This document shows, one piece after another, positions 24,407 to 35,871 of a DNA stretch of 64,000 bases (positions are counted from its first letter, which is position 1; each line of letters opens with the position of its first letter). The DNA comes from Macrostomum lignano (lineage: Eukaryota). Under the pieces are notes generated by a model. It was not told where the DNA came from. It worked only from the letters and a program-made list of their open reading frames with translations, and ran no database searches. The position numbers were made by a program, and so were the translations under genes. Location: the NCBI GenBank assembly GCA_002269645.1, contig NIVC01000340.1, forward strand, positions 358,087 through 422,086, read 5' to 3'.

Positions 24407-27400
24407 TCATACAGCGCCAACCGGAGGTCTCGAGCGACACATGACGATTAGCAGAATTATCAGGATTAGAATGACAACCACAGCGCCCAGACTGAGGCTC
24501 ACAATAATGAGCAGACGGTTATTTGCTGGAAAAAATTAATTAAAATGAGGCTGATTTCAACGATTGAAACTTGATTCTACGTACCAATCAAAACTCAATC
24601 ATGACAAAAGGAAACTTACGAGCTTCAGTCGTCTGGGTCACTGTAATAGCCTCTGTTGTCTTCGCAACTGGCGCTTCGGTTGTCTCTTCAGGAGCCGCTG
24701 TCGACTTGACTGTTCCTTCAGTTGTCTTGACTGTTCCTTCAGTTGTCTTGACTGTTCCTTCAGTTGTCTTGACTGTTCCTTCAGTTGTCTTGACTGTTCC
24801 TTCAGTTGTCTTGACTGGTTCTTCAGTTGTCTTCACTCGTCCTTCAGTTGTCTTCACTGGTCCTTCAGTCTTGACTGGTCCTTCAGTTGTCTCTTCAGGA
24901 GCCTCTGTCGACTTGACTGGTCCTTCAGTTGTCTTTACTGGTCCTTCAGTCTTGGCTGGTCCTTTAGTTGTCTCTTCAGGAGCCGCTGTCGACTTGACTG
25001 GTCCTTCAGTTTTCTCTTCTGTCGTCTCTTCAGCAGTTGCTGTTGACTTCAATGGACCCTCAGTTGTCTCTTCAGGAGCCGCTGTCGACTTGACTGGTCC
25101 TTCAGTCGTCTCTTCAGCAGTGGCTGTTGTCTTCATTGGTTCTTCAGTTGTCCCTTCAGGAGCCGCTGTCGAATTGACTGGTCTTTCAGTCTTGACTGGT
25201 CCTTCAGTTGTCTCTTCAGGAGCCGCTGTCGACTTGACTGTTCCTTCAGTTGTCTTGACTGTTCCTTCAGTTGTCTTGACTGTTCCTTCAGTTGTCTTGA
25301 CTGTTCCTTCAGTTGTCTTGACTGTTCCTTCAGTTGTCTTGACTGTTCCTTCAGTTGTCTTGACTGTTCCTTCAGTTGTCTTGACTGTTCCTTCAGTTGT
25401 CTTGACTGTTCCTTCAGTTGTCTTGACTGTTCCTTCAGTTGTCTTGACTGGTTCTTCAGTTGTCTTCACTCGTCCTTCAGTTGTCTTCACTGGTCCTTCA
25501 GTCTTGACTGGTCCTTCAGTTGTCTCTTCAGGAGCCTCTGTCGACTTGACTGGTCCTTCAGTTGTCTTTACTGGTCCTTCAGTCTTGGCTGGTCCTTTAG
25601 TTGTCTCTTCAGGAGCCGCTGTCGACTTGACTGGTCCTTCAGTTTTCTCTTCTGTCGTCTCTTCAGCAGTTGCTGTTGACTTCAATGGACCCTCAGTTGT
25701 CTCTTCAGGAGCCGCTGTCGACTTGACTGGTCCTTCAGTCGTCTCTTCAGCAGTGGCTGTTGTCTTCATTGGTTCTTCAGTTGTCCCTTCAGGAGCCGCT
25801 GTCGAATTGACTGGTCTTTCAGTCTTGACTGGTCCTTCAGTTGTCTCTTCAGGAGCCGCTGTCGAATTGACTGGTCTTTCAGTCTTGACTGGTCCTTCAG
25901 TTGTCTCTTCAGGAGCCGCTGTCGACTTGACTGGTCTTTCAGTCTTGACTGGTTCTTCAGTTGTCTCTTCAGGAGCCTCTGTCGAATTGACTGGTCCTTC
26001 AGTCGTCTCTTCAGCAGTGGCTGTTGTCTTCATTGGTTCTTCAGTTGTCCCTTCAGGAGCCGCTGTCGACTTGACTGGTCCTTCAGTCTTGACTGGTCCT
26101 TCAGTTGTCTCTTCAGGAGCCGCTGTCGACTTGATTGGTCCTTCAGTCGTCTCTTCAGGAGCCGCTGTCGACTTGACTGGTCCTTCAGTTGTCTCTTCAG
26201 GAGCCGCTGTCGACTTGACTGGTCCTTCAGTCGTCTCTTCAGGAGCCTCTGTCGACTTGACTGGTCCTTCAGTTGTCTCTTCAGGAGCCGCTGTCGACTT
26301 GACTGGTCCTTCAGTCTTGACTGGTCCTTCAGTTGTCTTTACTGGTCCTTCAGTCTTGACTGGTCCTTCAGTCGTCTCTTCTGCAGTGGCTGTTGTCTTC
26401 ATTGGTTCTTCAGTTGTCCCTTCAGGAGCCGCTGTCGACTTGACTGGTCCTTCAGTCTTGACTGGTCCTTCAGTTGTCTCTTCAGGAGCCGCTGTCGACT
26501 TGACTGGTCTTTCAGTTGTCTCTTCAAGAGCCTCTGTCAACTTGACTGGTCCTTCAGTTGTCTTTACTGGTCCTTCAGTCTTGACTGGTCCTTCAGTTGC
26601 CTCTTCAGGAGCCGCTGTCGACTTGACTGGTCCTTCAGTCGTCTCTTCAGGAGCCTCTGTCGACTTGACTGGTCCTTCAGTCGTATCTTCAGGAGCCGCT
26701 GTCGACTTGACTGATCCTTCAGTCTTGGCTGGTCCTTCAGTTGTCTCTTCAGGAGCCGCTGTCGACTTGACTGGTCCTTCAGTTGTCTTTACTGGTCCTT
26801 CAGTCTTGACTGGTCCTTCAGTCGTCTCTTCAGCAGTGGCTGTTGTCTTCATTGGTTCTTCAGTTGTCCCTTCAGGAGCCGCTGTCGACTTGACTGGTCC
26901 TTCAGTCTTGACTGGTCCTTCAGTTGTCTCTTCAGGAGCCGCTGTCGACTTGAGTGGTCCTTCAGTTGTCTCTTCAGGAGCCTCTGTCGACTTGACTGGT
27001 CCTTCAGTCGTCTCTTCAGGAGCCTCTGTCGACTTGACTGGTCCTTCAGTTGTCTCTTCAGGAGCCGCTGTCGACTTGACTGGTCCTTCAGTCTTGACTG
27101 GTCCTTCAGTTGTCTTTACTGGTCCTTCAGTCTTGACTGGTCCTTCAGTCGTCTCTTCTGCAGTGGCTGTTGTCTTCATTGGTTCTTCAGTTGTCCCTTC
27201 AGGAGCCGCTGTCGACTTGACTGGTCCTTCAGTCTTGACTGGTCCTTCAGTTGTCTCTTCAGGAGCCGCTGTCGACTTGACTGGTCTTTCAGTTGTCTCT
27301 TCAAGAGCCTCTGTCAACTTGACTGGTCCTTCAGTTGTCTTTACTGGTCCTTCAGTCTTGACTGGTCCTTCAGTTGCCTCTTCAGGAGCCGCTGTCGACT

Positions 27401-30032
27401 TGACTGGTCCTTCAGTCGTCTCTTCAGGAGCCTCTGTCGACTTGACTGGTCCTTCAGTCTTGGCTGGTCCTTCAGTTGTCTCTTCAGGAGCCGCTGTCGA
27501 CTTGACTGGTCCTTCAGTTGTCTTTACTGGTCCTTCAGTCTTGACTGGTCCTTCAGTTGCCTCTTCAGGAGCCGCTGTCGACTTGACTGGTCCTTCAGTC
27601 GTCTCTTCAGGAGCCTCTGTCGACTTGACTGGTCCTTCAGTCTTGGCTGGTCCTTCAGTTGTCTCTTCAGGAGCCGCTGTCGACTTGACTGGTCCTTCAG
27701 TTGTCTTTACTGGTCCTTCAGTCTTGACTGGTCCTTCAGTCGTCTCTTCAGCAGTGGCTGTTGTCTTCATTGGTTCTTCAGTTGTCCCTTCAGGAACCGC
27801 TGTCGACTTGACTGGTCTTTCAGTCTTGACTGGTCCTTCAGTTGTCTCTTCAGGAGCCGCTGTCGACTTGACTGGTCCTTCAGTTGTCTCTTCAGGAGCC
27901 GCTGTCGACTTGAGTGGTCCTTCAGTTGTCTCTTCAGGAGCCGCTGTCGACTTGACTGGTCCTTCAGTCCTGACTGGTCCTTCAGTTGTCTCTTCAGGAG
28001 CCGCTGTCGACTTGACTGGTCTTTCAGTCTTGACTGGTTCTTCAGTTGTCTCTTCAGGAGCCTCTGTCGAATTGACTGGTCCTTCAGTCGTCTCTTCAGC
28101 AGTGGCTGTTGTCTTCATTGGTTCTTCAGTTGTCCCTTCAGGAGCCGCTGTCGACTTGACTGGTCCTTCAGTCTTGACTGGTCCTTCAGTTGTCTCTTCA
28201 GGAGCCGCTGTCGACTTGATTGGTCCTTCAGTCGTCTCTTCAGGAGCCGCTGTCGACTTGACTGGTCCTTCAGTTGTCTCTTCAGGAGCCGCTGTCGACT
28301 TGACTGGTCCTTCAGTCGTCTCTTCAGGAGCCTCTGTCGACTTGACTGGTCCTTCAGTTGTCTCTTCAGGAGCCGCTGTCGACTTGACTGGTCCTTCAGT
28401 CTTGACTGGTCCTTCAGTTGTCTTTACTGGTCCTTCAGTCTTGACTGGTCCTTCAGTCGTCTCTTCTGCAGTGGCTGTTGTCTTCATTGGTTCTTCAGTT
28501 GTCCCTTCAGGAGCCGCTGTCGACTTGACTGGTCCTTCAGTCTTGACTGGTCCTTCAGTTGTCTCTTCAGGAGCCGCTGTCGACTTGACTGGTCCTTCAG
28601 TCGTCTCTTCAGGAGCCTCTGTCGACTTGACTGGTCCTTCAGTTGTCTCTTCAGGAGCCGCTGTCGACTTGACTGGTCCTTCAGTCGTCTCTTCAGCAGT
28701 GGCTGTTGTCTTCATTGGTTCTTCAGTTGTCCCTTCAGGAGCCGCTGTCGACTTGACTGGTCTTTCAGTCTTGACTGGTCCTTCAGTTGTCTCTTCAGGA
28801 GCCGCTGTCGACTTGACTGGTCTTTCAGTCTTGACTGGTCCTTCAGTTGTCTCTTCAGGAGCCTCTGTCGACTTGACTGGTCCTTCAGTCGTCTCTTCAG
28901 CAGTGGCTGTTGTCTTCATTGGTTCTTCAGTTGTCCCTTCAGGAGCCGCTGTCGACTTGACTGGTCTTTCAGTCTTGACTGGTCCTTCAGTTGTCTCTTC
29001 AGGAGCCGCTGTCGACTTGATTGGTCCTTCAGTCGTCTCTTCAGGAGCCGCTGTCGACTTGACTGGTCCTTCAGTCGTCTCTTCAGGAGCCGCTGTCGAC
29101 TTGACTGGTCCTTCAGTCTTGACTGGTCCTTCAGTTGTCTCTTCAGGAGCCGCTGTCGACTTGACTGGTCCTTCAGTCTTGACTGGTCCTTCAGTTGTCT
29201 CTTCAGGAGCCGCTGTCGACTTGACTGGTCCTTCAGTCTTGACTGGTCCTTCAGTCGTCTCTTCAGCAGTGGCTGTTGTCTTCATTGGTTCTTCAGTTGT
29301 CCCTTCAGGAGCCGCTGTCGACTTGACTGGTCCTTCAGTCTTGACTGGTCCTTCAGTTGTCTCTTCAGGAGCCGCTGTCGACTTGACTGGTCCTTCAGTC
29401 CTGACTGGTCCTTCAGTTGTCTCTTCAGGAGCCGCTGTCGACTTGACTGGTCCTTCAGTCGTCTCTTCAGGAGCCGCTGTCGACTTGACTGGTCCTTCAG
29501 TCTTGACTGGTCCTTCAGTTGTCTCTTCAGGAGCCGCTGTCGACTTGACTGGTCCTTCAGTCTTGACTGGTCCTTCAGTTGTCTCTTCAGGAGCCGCTGT
29601 CGTCTTGACTGATCCTTCAGTCGTCTCTTCAGCAGTCGCTGTTGACTTCAATGGACCTTCAGTTCTCTCTTTAGAAGCCGCTGTCGCTGTTATACCTGAA
29701 TTTCAGTGTACATTCGTGATGATTGGTTTAGTGATTGTACTGTTACACTGTGCCCGATGTCGCTCTCGGCAATTCTTCCCATTTCTCTGTACGCAGGCAC
29801 GCAGTCATGCACACGCTCCCTCAGGGTGTACAAGGGCCCTGACTTTCTAATTGTCAGGCACGTCACTCTCTGTGATTGACCCTCATGGGTACAGCGCACG
29901 CGGGAGTAAATTTAGTCTCAATTTTATTGAAAGAATCGTTGCTAAATAAAAAGTTACTCTGCGACACTCACCTGAAGCCAGCAGTGACAGGGCGAGTCCA
30001 GCAACCAAGAGGCAGCAAGTCTGTGGATTCAT
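24407..30032 (-). CDS. Membrane-tethered acidic Thr/Glu/Pro-rich mucin-like protein, ~1751 aa: complement join(29972..30032,24620..29695,24407..24525)
   Basis: Exon 1 MNPQTCCLLVAGLALSLLAS is a signal peptide (donor G|GTGAGT). A single 5076-bp phase-1 exon encodes EETTEGPVKSTAAP/KTEGPV/KTTEGTV repeats (acceptor TTCAG|GT, donor C|GTAAGT). Exon 3 encodes the TM LLIIVSLSLGAVVVILILIILLIVM. A TATA-like TATAAAT on - lies at ~30123-30129. The C-terminal tail is uncertain. Confidence 0.85.
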
Positions 30033-30442
30033 ATCGCTCTTTTATTATCTTGATTTCATTCGCCGAATTGAAACTGATCAGCGAGAGGATGGGTCTTGCG
30101 GTATAGCTTTCGCCTTGGGCCATATTTATAGTTTGTGGCGGCGGAAATATTTTTTATTGACGTTGTTCCCCAAAATCGTTATGTGAGCAGCCCCATCAGT
30201 TTTTCAGCATCATTTTTTTATTTACTGCACCCTATTACACACTACTACAATGGTTCTTATTTTGTTTTCACTGTATGGCTATGCAGTTTACTGCGACCTT
30301 TGCTACCTGTGTGAGTCAACGGCACGCATTTACTCAAATCTGCCTGTCTGGCTCTGTTTACAATGGAGGGGGGCTTAAAAACAATTGGAGCGGAAACCAT
30401 TGCAAGCAGAAAACTTATAAAATTTGGAACAATTGGAAGATT

Positions 30443-33400
30443 GGAATTTGAATGTGATTCAGTGTCTCAAGCGCGTTAATTAAGTGTCTGCAGTTAAGCA
30501 GCATTGGCTGAGGTTAGTACACGGAATTTGAATGTGATTCAGTGTCTCAAGCGCGTTAATTAAGTGTCTGCAGTTAAGCAGCATCGGCTGAGGTTAGTAC
30601 ACGGAATTTGAATGTGATTCAGTGTCTCAAGCGCGTTAATTAAGTGTCTGCAGTTAAGCAGCATTGGCTGAGGTTAGTACACGGAATTTGAATGTGATTC
30701 AGTGTCTCAAGCGCGTTAATTAAGTGTCTGCAGTTAAGCAGCATTGGCTGAGGTTAGTACACGGAATTTGAATGTGATTCAGTGTCTCAAGCGCGTTAAT
30801 TAAGTGTCTGCAGTTAAGCAGCATTGGCTGAGGTTAGTACACGGAATTTGAATGTGATTCAGTGTCTCAAGCGCGTTAATTAAGTGTCTGCAGTTAAGCA
30901 GCATTGGCTGAGGTTAGTACACGGAATTTGAATGTGATTCAGTGTCTCAAGCGCGTTAATTAAGTGTCTGCAGTTAAGCAGCATTGGCTGAGGTTAGTAC
31001 ACGGAATTTGAATGTGATTCAGTGTCTCAAGCGCGTTAATTAAGTGTCTGCAGTTAAGCAGCATTGGCTGAGGTTAGTACACGGAATTTGAATGTGATTC
31101 AGTGTCTCAAGCGCGTTAATTAAGTGTCTGCAGTTAAGCAGCATTGGCTGAGGTTAGTACACGGAATTTGAATGTGATTCAGTGTCTCAAGCGCGTTAAT
31201 TAAGTGTCTGCAGTTAAGCAGCATTGGCTGAGGTTAGTACACGGAATTTGAATGTGATTCAGTGTCTCAAGCGCGTTAATTAAGTGTCTGCAGTTAAGCA
31301 GCATTGGCTGAGGTTAGTACACGGAATTTGAATGTGATTCAGTGTCTCAAGCGCGTTAATTAAGTGTCTGCAGTTAAGCAGCATTGGCTGAGGTTAGTAC
31401 ACGGAATTTGAATGTGATTCAGTGTCTCAAGCGCGTTAATTAAGTGTCTGCAGTTAAGCAGCATTGGCTGAGGTTAGTACACGGAATTTGAATGTGATTC
31501 AGTGTCTCAAGCGCGTTAATTAAGTGTCTGCAGTTAAGCAGCATTGGCTGAGGTTAGTACACGGAATTTGAATGTGATTCAGTGTCTCAAGCGCGTTAAT
31601 TAAGTGTCTGCAGTTAAGCAGCATTGGCTGAGGTTAGTACACGGAATTTGAATGTGATTCAGTGTCTCAAGCGCGTTAATTAAGTGTCTGCAGTTAAGCA
31701 GCATTGGCTGAGGTTAGTACACGGAATTTGAATGTGATTCAGTGTCTCAAGCGCGTTAATTAAGTGTCTGCAGTTAAGCAGCATTGGCTGAGGTTAGTAC
31801 ACGGAATTTGAATGTGATTCAGTGTCTCAAGCGCGTTAATTAAGTGTCTGCAGTTAAGCAGCATTGGCTGAGGTTAGTACACGGAATTTGAATGTGATTC
31901 AGTGTCTCAAGCGCGTTAATTAAGTGTCTGCAGTTAAGCAGCATTGGCTGAGGTTAGTACACGGAATTTGAATGTGATTCAGTGTCTCAAGCGCGTTAAT
32001 TAAGTGTCTGCAGTTAAGCAGCATTGGCTGAGGTTAGTACACGGAATTTGAATGTGATTCAGTGTCTCAAGCGCGTTAATTAAGTGTCTGCAGTTAAGCA
32101 GCATTGGCTGAGGTTAGTACACGGAATTTGAATGTGATTCAGTGTCTCAAGCGCGTTAATTAAGTGTCTGCAGTTAAGCAGCATTGGCTGAGGTTAGTAC
32201 ACGGAATTTGAATGTGATTCAGTGTCTCAAGCGCGTTAATTAAGTGTCTGCAGTTAAGCAGCATCGGCTGAGGTTAGTACACGGAATTTGAATGTGATTC
32301 AGTGTCTCAAGCGCGTTAATTAAGTGTCTGCAGTTAAGCAGCATTGGCTGAGGTTAGTACACGGAATTTGAATGTGATTCAGTGTCTCAAGCGCGTTAAT
32401 TAAGTGTCTGCAGTTAAGCAGCATTGGCTGAGGTTAGTACACGGAATTTGAATGTGATTCAGTGTCTCAAGCGCGTTAATTAAGTGTCTGCAGTTAAGCA
32501 GCATTGGCTGAGGTTAGTACACGGAATTTGAATGTGATTCAGTGTCTCAAGCGCGTTAATTAAGTGTCTGCAGTTAAGCAGCATTGGCTGAGGTTAGTAC
32601 ACGGAATTTGAATGTGATTCAGTGTCTCAAGCGCGTTAATTAAGTGTCTGCAGTTAAGCAGCATTGGCTGAGGTTAGTACACGGAATTTGAATGTGATTC
32701 AGTGTCTCAAGCGCGTTAATTAAGTGTCTGCAGTTAAGCAGCATTGGCTGAGGTTAGTACACGGAATTTGAATGTGATTCAGTGTCTCAAGCGCGTTAAT
32801 TAAGTGTCTGCAGTTAAGCAGCATTGGCTGAGGTTAGTACACGGAATTTGAATGTGATTCAGTGTCTCAAGCGCGTTAATTAAGTGTCTGCAGTTAAGCA
32901 GCATTGGCTGAGGTTAGTACACGGAATTTGAATGTGATTCAGTGTCTCAAGCGCGTTAATTAAGTGTCTGCAGTTAAGCAGCATTGGCTGAGGTTAGTAC
33001 ACGGAATTTGAATGTGATTCAGTGTCTCAAGCGCGTTAATTAAGTGTCTGCAGTTAAGCAGCATTGGCTGAGGTTAGTACACGGAATTTGAATGTGATTC
33101 AGTGTCTCAAGCGCGTTAATTAAGTGTCTGCAGTTAAGCAGCATTGGCTGAGGTTAGTACACGGAATTTGAATGTGATTCAGTGTCTCAAGCGCGTTAAT
33201 TAAGTGTCTGCAGTTAAGCAGCATTGGCTGAGGTTAGTACACGGAATTTGAATGTGATTCAGTGTCTCAAGCGCGTTAATTAAGTGTCTGCAGTTAAGCA
33301 GCATTGGCTGAGGTTAGTACACGGAATTTGAATGTGATTCAGTGTCTCAAGCGCGTTAATTAAGTGTCTGCAGTTAAGCAGCATTGGCTGAGGTTAGTAC

Positions 33401-35082
33401 ACGGAATTTGAATGTGATTCAGTGTCTCAAGCGCGTTAATTAAGTGTCTGCAGTTAAGCAGCATCGGCTGAGGTTAGTACACGGAATTTGAATGTGATTC
33501 AGTGTCTCAAGCGCGTTAATTAAGTGTCTGCAGTTAAGCAGCATTGGCTGAGGTTAGTACACGGAATTTGAATGTGATTCAGTGTCTCAAGCGCGTTAAT
33601 TAAGTGTCTGCAGTTAAGCAGCATTGGCTGAGGTTAGTACACGGAATTTGAATGTGATTCAGTGTCTCAAGCGCGTTAATTAAGTGTCTGCAGTTAAGCA
33701 GCATTGGCTGAGGTTAGTACACGGAATTTGAATGTGATTCAGTGTCTCAAGCGCGTTAATTAAGTGTCTGCAGTTAAGCAGCATTGGCTGAGGTTAGTAC
33801 ACGGAATTTGAATGTGATTCAGTGTCTCAAGCGCGTTAATTAAGTGTCTGCAGTTAAGCAGCATTGGCTGAGGTTAGTACACGGAATTTGAATGTGATTC
33901 AGTGTCTCAAGCGCGTTAATTAAGTGTCTGCAGTTAAGCAGCATCGGCTGAGGTTAGTACACGGAATTTGAATGTGATTCAGTGTCTCAAGCGCGTTAAT
34001 TAAGTGTCTGCAGTTAAGCAGCATTGGCTGAGGTTAGTACACGGAATTTGAATGTAATTCAGTGTCTCAAGCGCGTTAATTAAGTGTCTGCAGTTAAGCA
34101 GCATTGGCTGAGGTTAGTACACGGAATTTGAATGTGATTCAGTGTCTCAAGCGCGTTAATTAAGTGTCTGCAGTTAAGCAGCATCGGCTGAGGTTAGTAC
34201 ACGGAATTTGAATGTGATTCAGTGTCTCAAGCACGTTAATTAAGTGTCTGCAGTTAAGCAGCATCGGCTGAGGTTAGTACACGGAATTTGAATGTGATTC
34301 AGTGTCTCAAGCGCGTTAATTAAGTGTCTGCAGTTAAGCAGCATTGGCTGAGGTTAGTACACGGAATTTGAATGTGATTCAGTGTCTCAAGCGCGTTAAT
34401 TAAGTGTCTGCAGTTAAGCAGCATTGGCTGAGGTTAGTACACGGAATTTGAATGTGATTCAGTGTCTCAAGCGCGTTAATTAAGTGTCTGCAGTTAAGCA
34501 GCATTGGCTGAGGTTAGTACACGGAATTTGAATGTGATTCAGTGTCTCAAGCGCGTTAATTAAGTGTCTGCAGTTAAGCAGCATTGGCTGAGGTTAGTAC
34601 ACGGAATTTGAATGTGATTCAGTGTCTCAAGCGCGTTAATTAAGTGTCTGCAGTTAAGCAGCATCGGCTGAGGTTAGTACACGGAATTTGAATGTGATTC
34701 AGTGTCTCAAGCGCGTTAATTAAGTGTCTGCAGTTAAGCAGCATTGGCTGAGGTTAGTACACGGAATTTGAATGTGATTCAGTGTCTCAAGCGCGTTAAT
34801 TAAGTGTCTGCAGTTAAGCAGCATTGGCTGAGGTTAGTACACGGAATTTGAATGTGATTCAGTGTCTCAAGCGCGTTAATTAAGTGTCTGCAGTTAAGCA
34901 GCATCGGCTGAGGTTAGTACACGGAATTTGAATGTGATTCAGTGTCTCAAGCACGTTAATTAAGTGTCTGCAGTTAAGCAGCATCGGCTGAGGTTAGTAC
35001 ACGGAATTTGAATGTGATTCAGTGTCTCAAGCGCGTTAATTAAGTCTCTGCAGTTAAGCAGAATTGGCTGAGGTTAGTACAC
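30443..35082. repeat. 80-bp near-perfect tandem array, 58 copies (GGAATTTGAATGTGATTCAGTGTCTCAAGCGCGTTAATTAAGTGTCTGCAGTTAAGCAGCATTGGCTGAGGTTAGTACAC)
   Basis: 4640 bp = 58 x 80, with only a handful of single-base variants. Confidence 0.98.
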
Positions 35083-35871
35083 AGTGTTATGTTGGAAGTC
35101 AAGGCGAGTGTGTGCGAGCTACGAAACGCTTAAAGCCAGCGATGGGCAGAGAGCCGATATATATATTATTGTTTAGTCAAGTGCAGTGAGCAATGTACAT
35201 TGTACGCGTCAATGGGGGACTGGGGGCAGGTGCACTGAGAGAGAAAGAGAAAGACTGCACGTCGGCTAGCCAGCATCGATCATTACACAACACACAGCTA
35301 GTTGATTGAGGCTATTTTAAGGCATTTTAAGGCGAGTGGCATGACCCCTTGTTCTAGGGGTGTGAACTTATTTCATTTATTGCGCCACAATGTCCTGTAT
35401 AAGCAATTGAGCCATAACCAGCCCAGAATATTTTCTAAGAAACGGAAGTTTGCCGTCCTTTTCACTACGCGAAAAGGTAACTCAGCTCTGGACTCCTTGA
35501 AGCTTAATGTGACAACAATTTTAAATTGACCGTGTCATTCAATGTAAAATGTGAGAAAACTGCCTGCATGCATGTACATAAGCCTTGGTACATGCCAAGC
35601 GGAATGAAAACCGGCCGAGTGAATGCAGATATCGTTGTCAGACCACCAACCCATTTTCTCTCTCGGAGAAACTAGACTCTGCTGCACACTCGAGGTCAGT
35701 TTTTGACCTCTAGAATAATTTTTCTGGGTTTCTACAACAAAAATTGATAAAGTATATTATATCTGTTAAATACAATCTACTTGTAAGTTTCCTGCGAGCC
35801 TTAGCGAGCTCAAAGAGCCAAGCGCTATTGCTACACAGAAATCTGCTTGCTCAGAACCAGCCACCACCTGC

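Noticed and set aside
24571-29850. 1759-aa + strand ORF (V/S/G/T-rich)
   Set aside because: Antisense mirror of the mucin repeat exon. The module codons lack stops on the opposite strand, whereas the - strand has signal and TM exons with matching phases.
30443-35082. 80-bp array as a CRISPR array
   Set aside because: Units are contiguous and identical with no unique spacers, there are no cas genes, and the context is eukaryotic.
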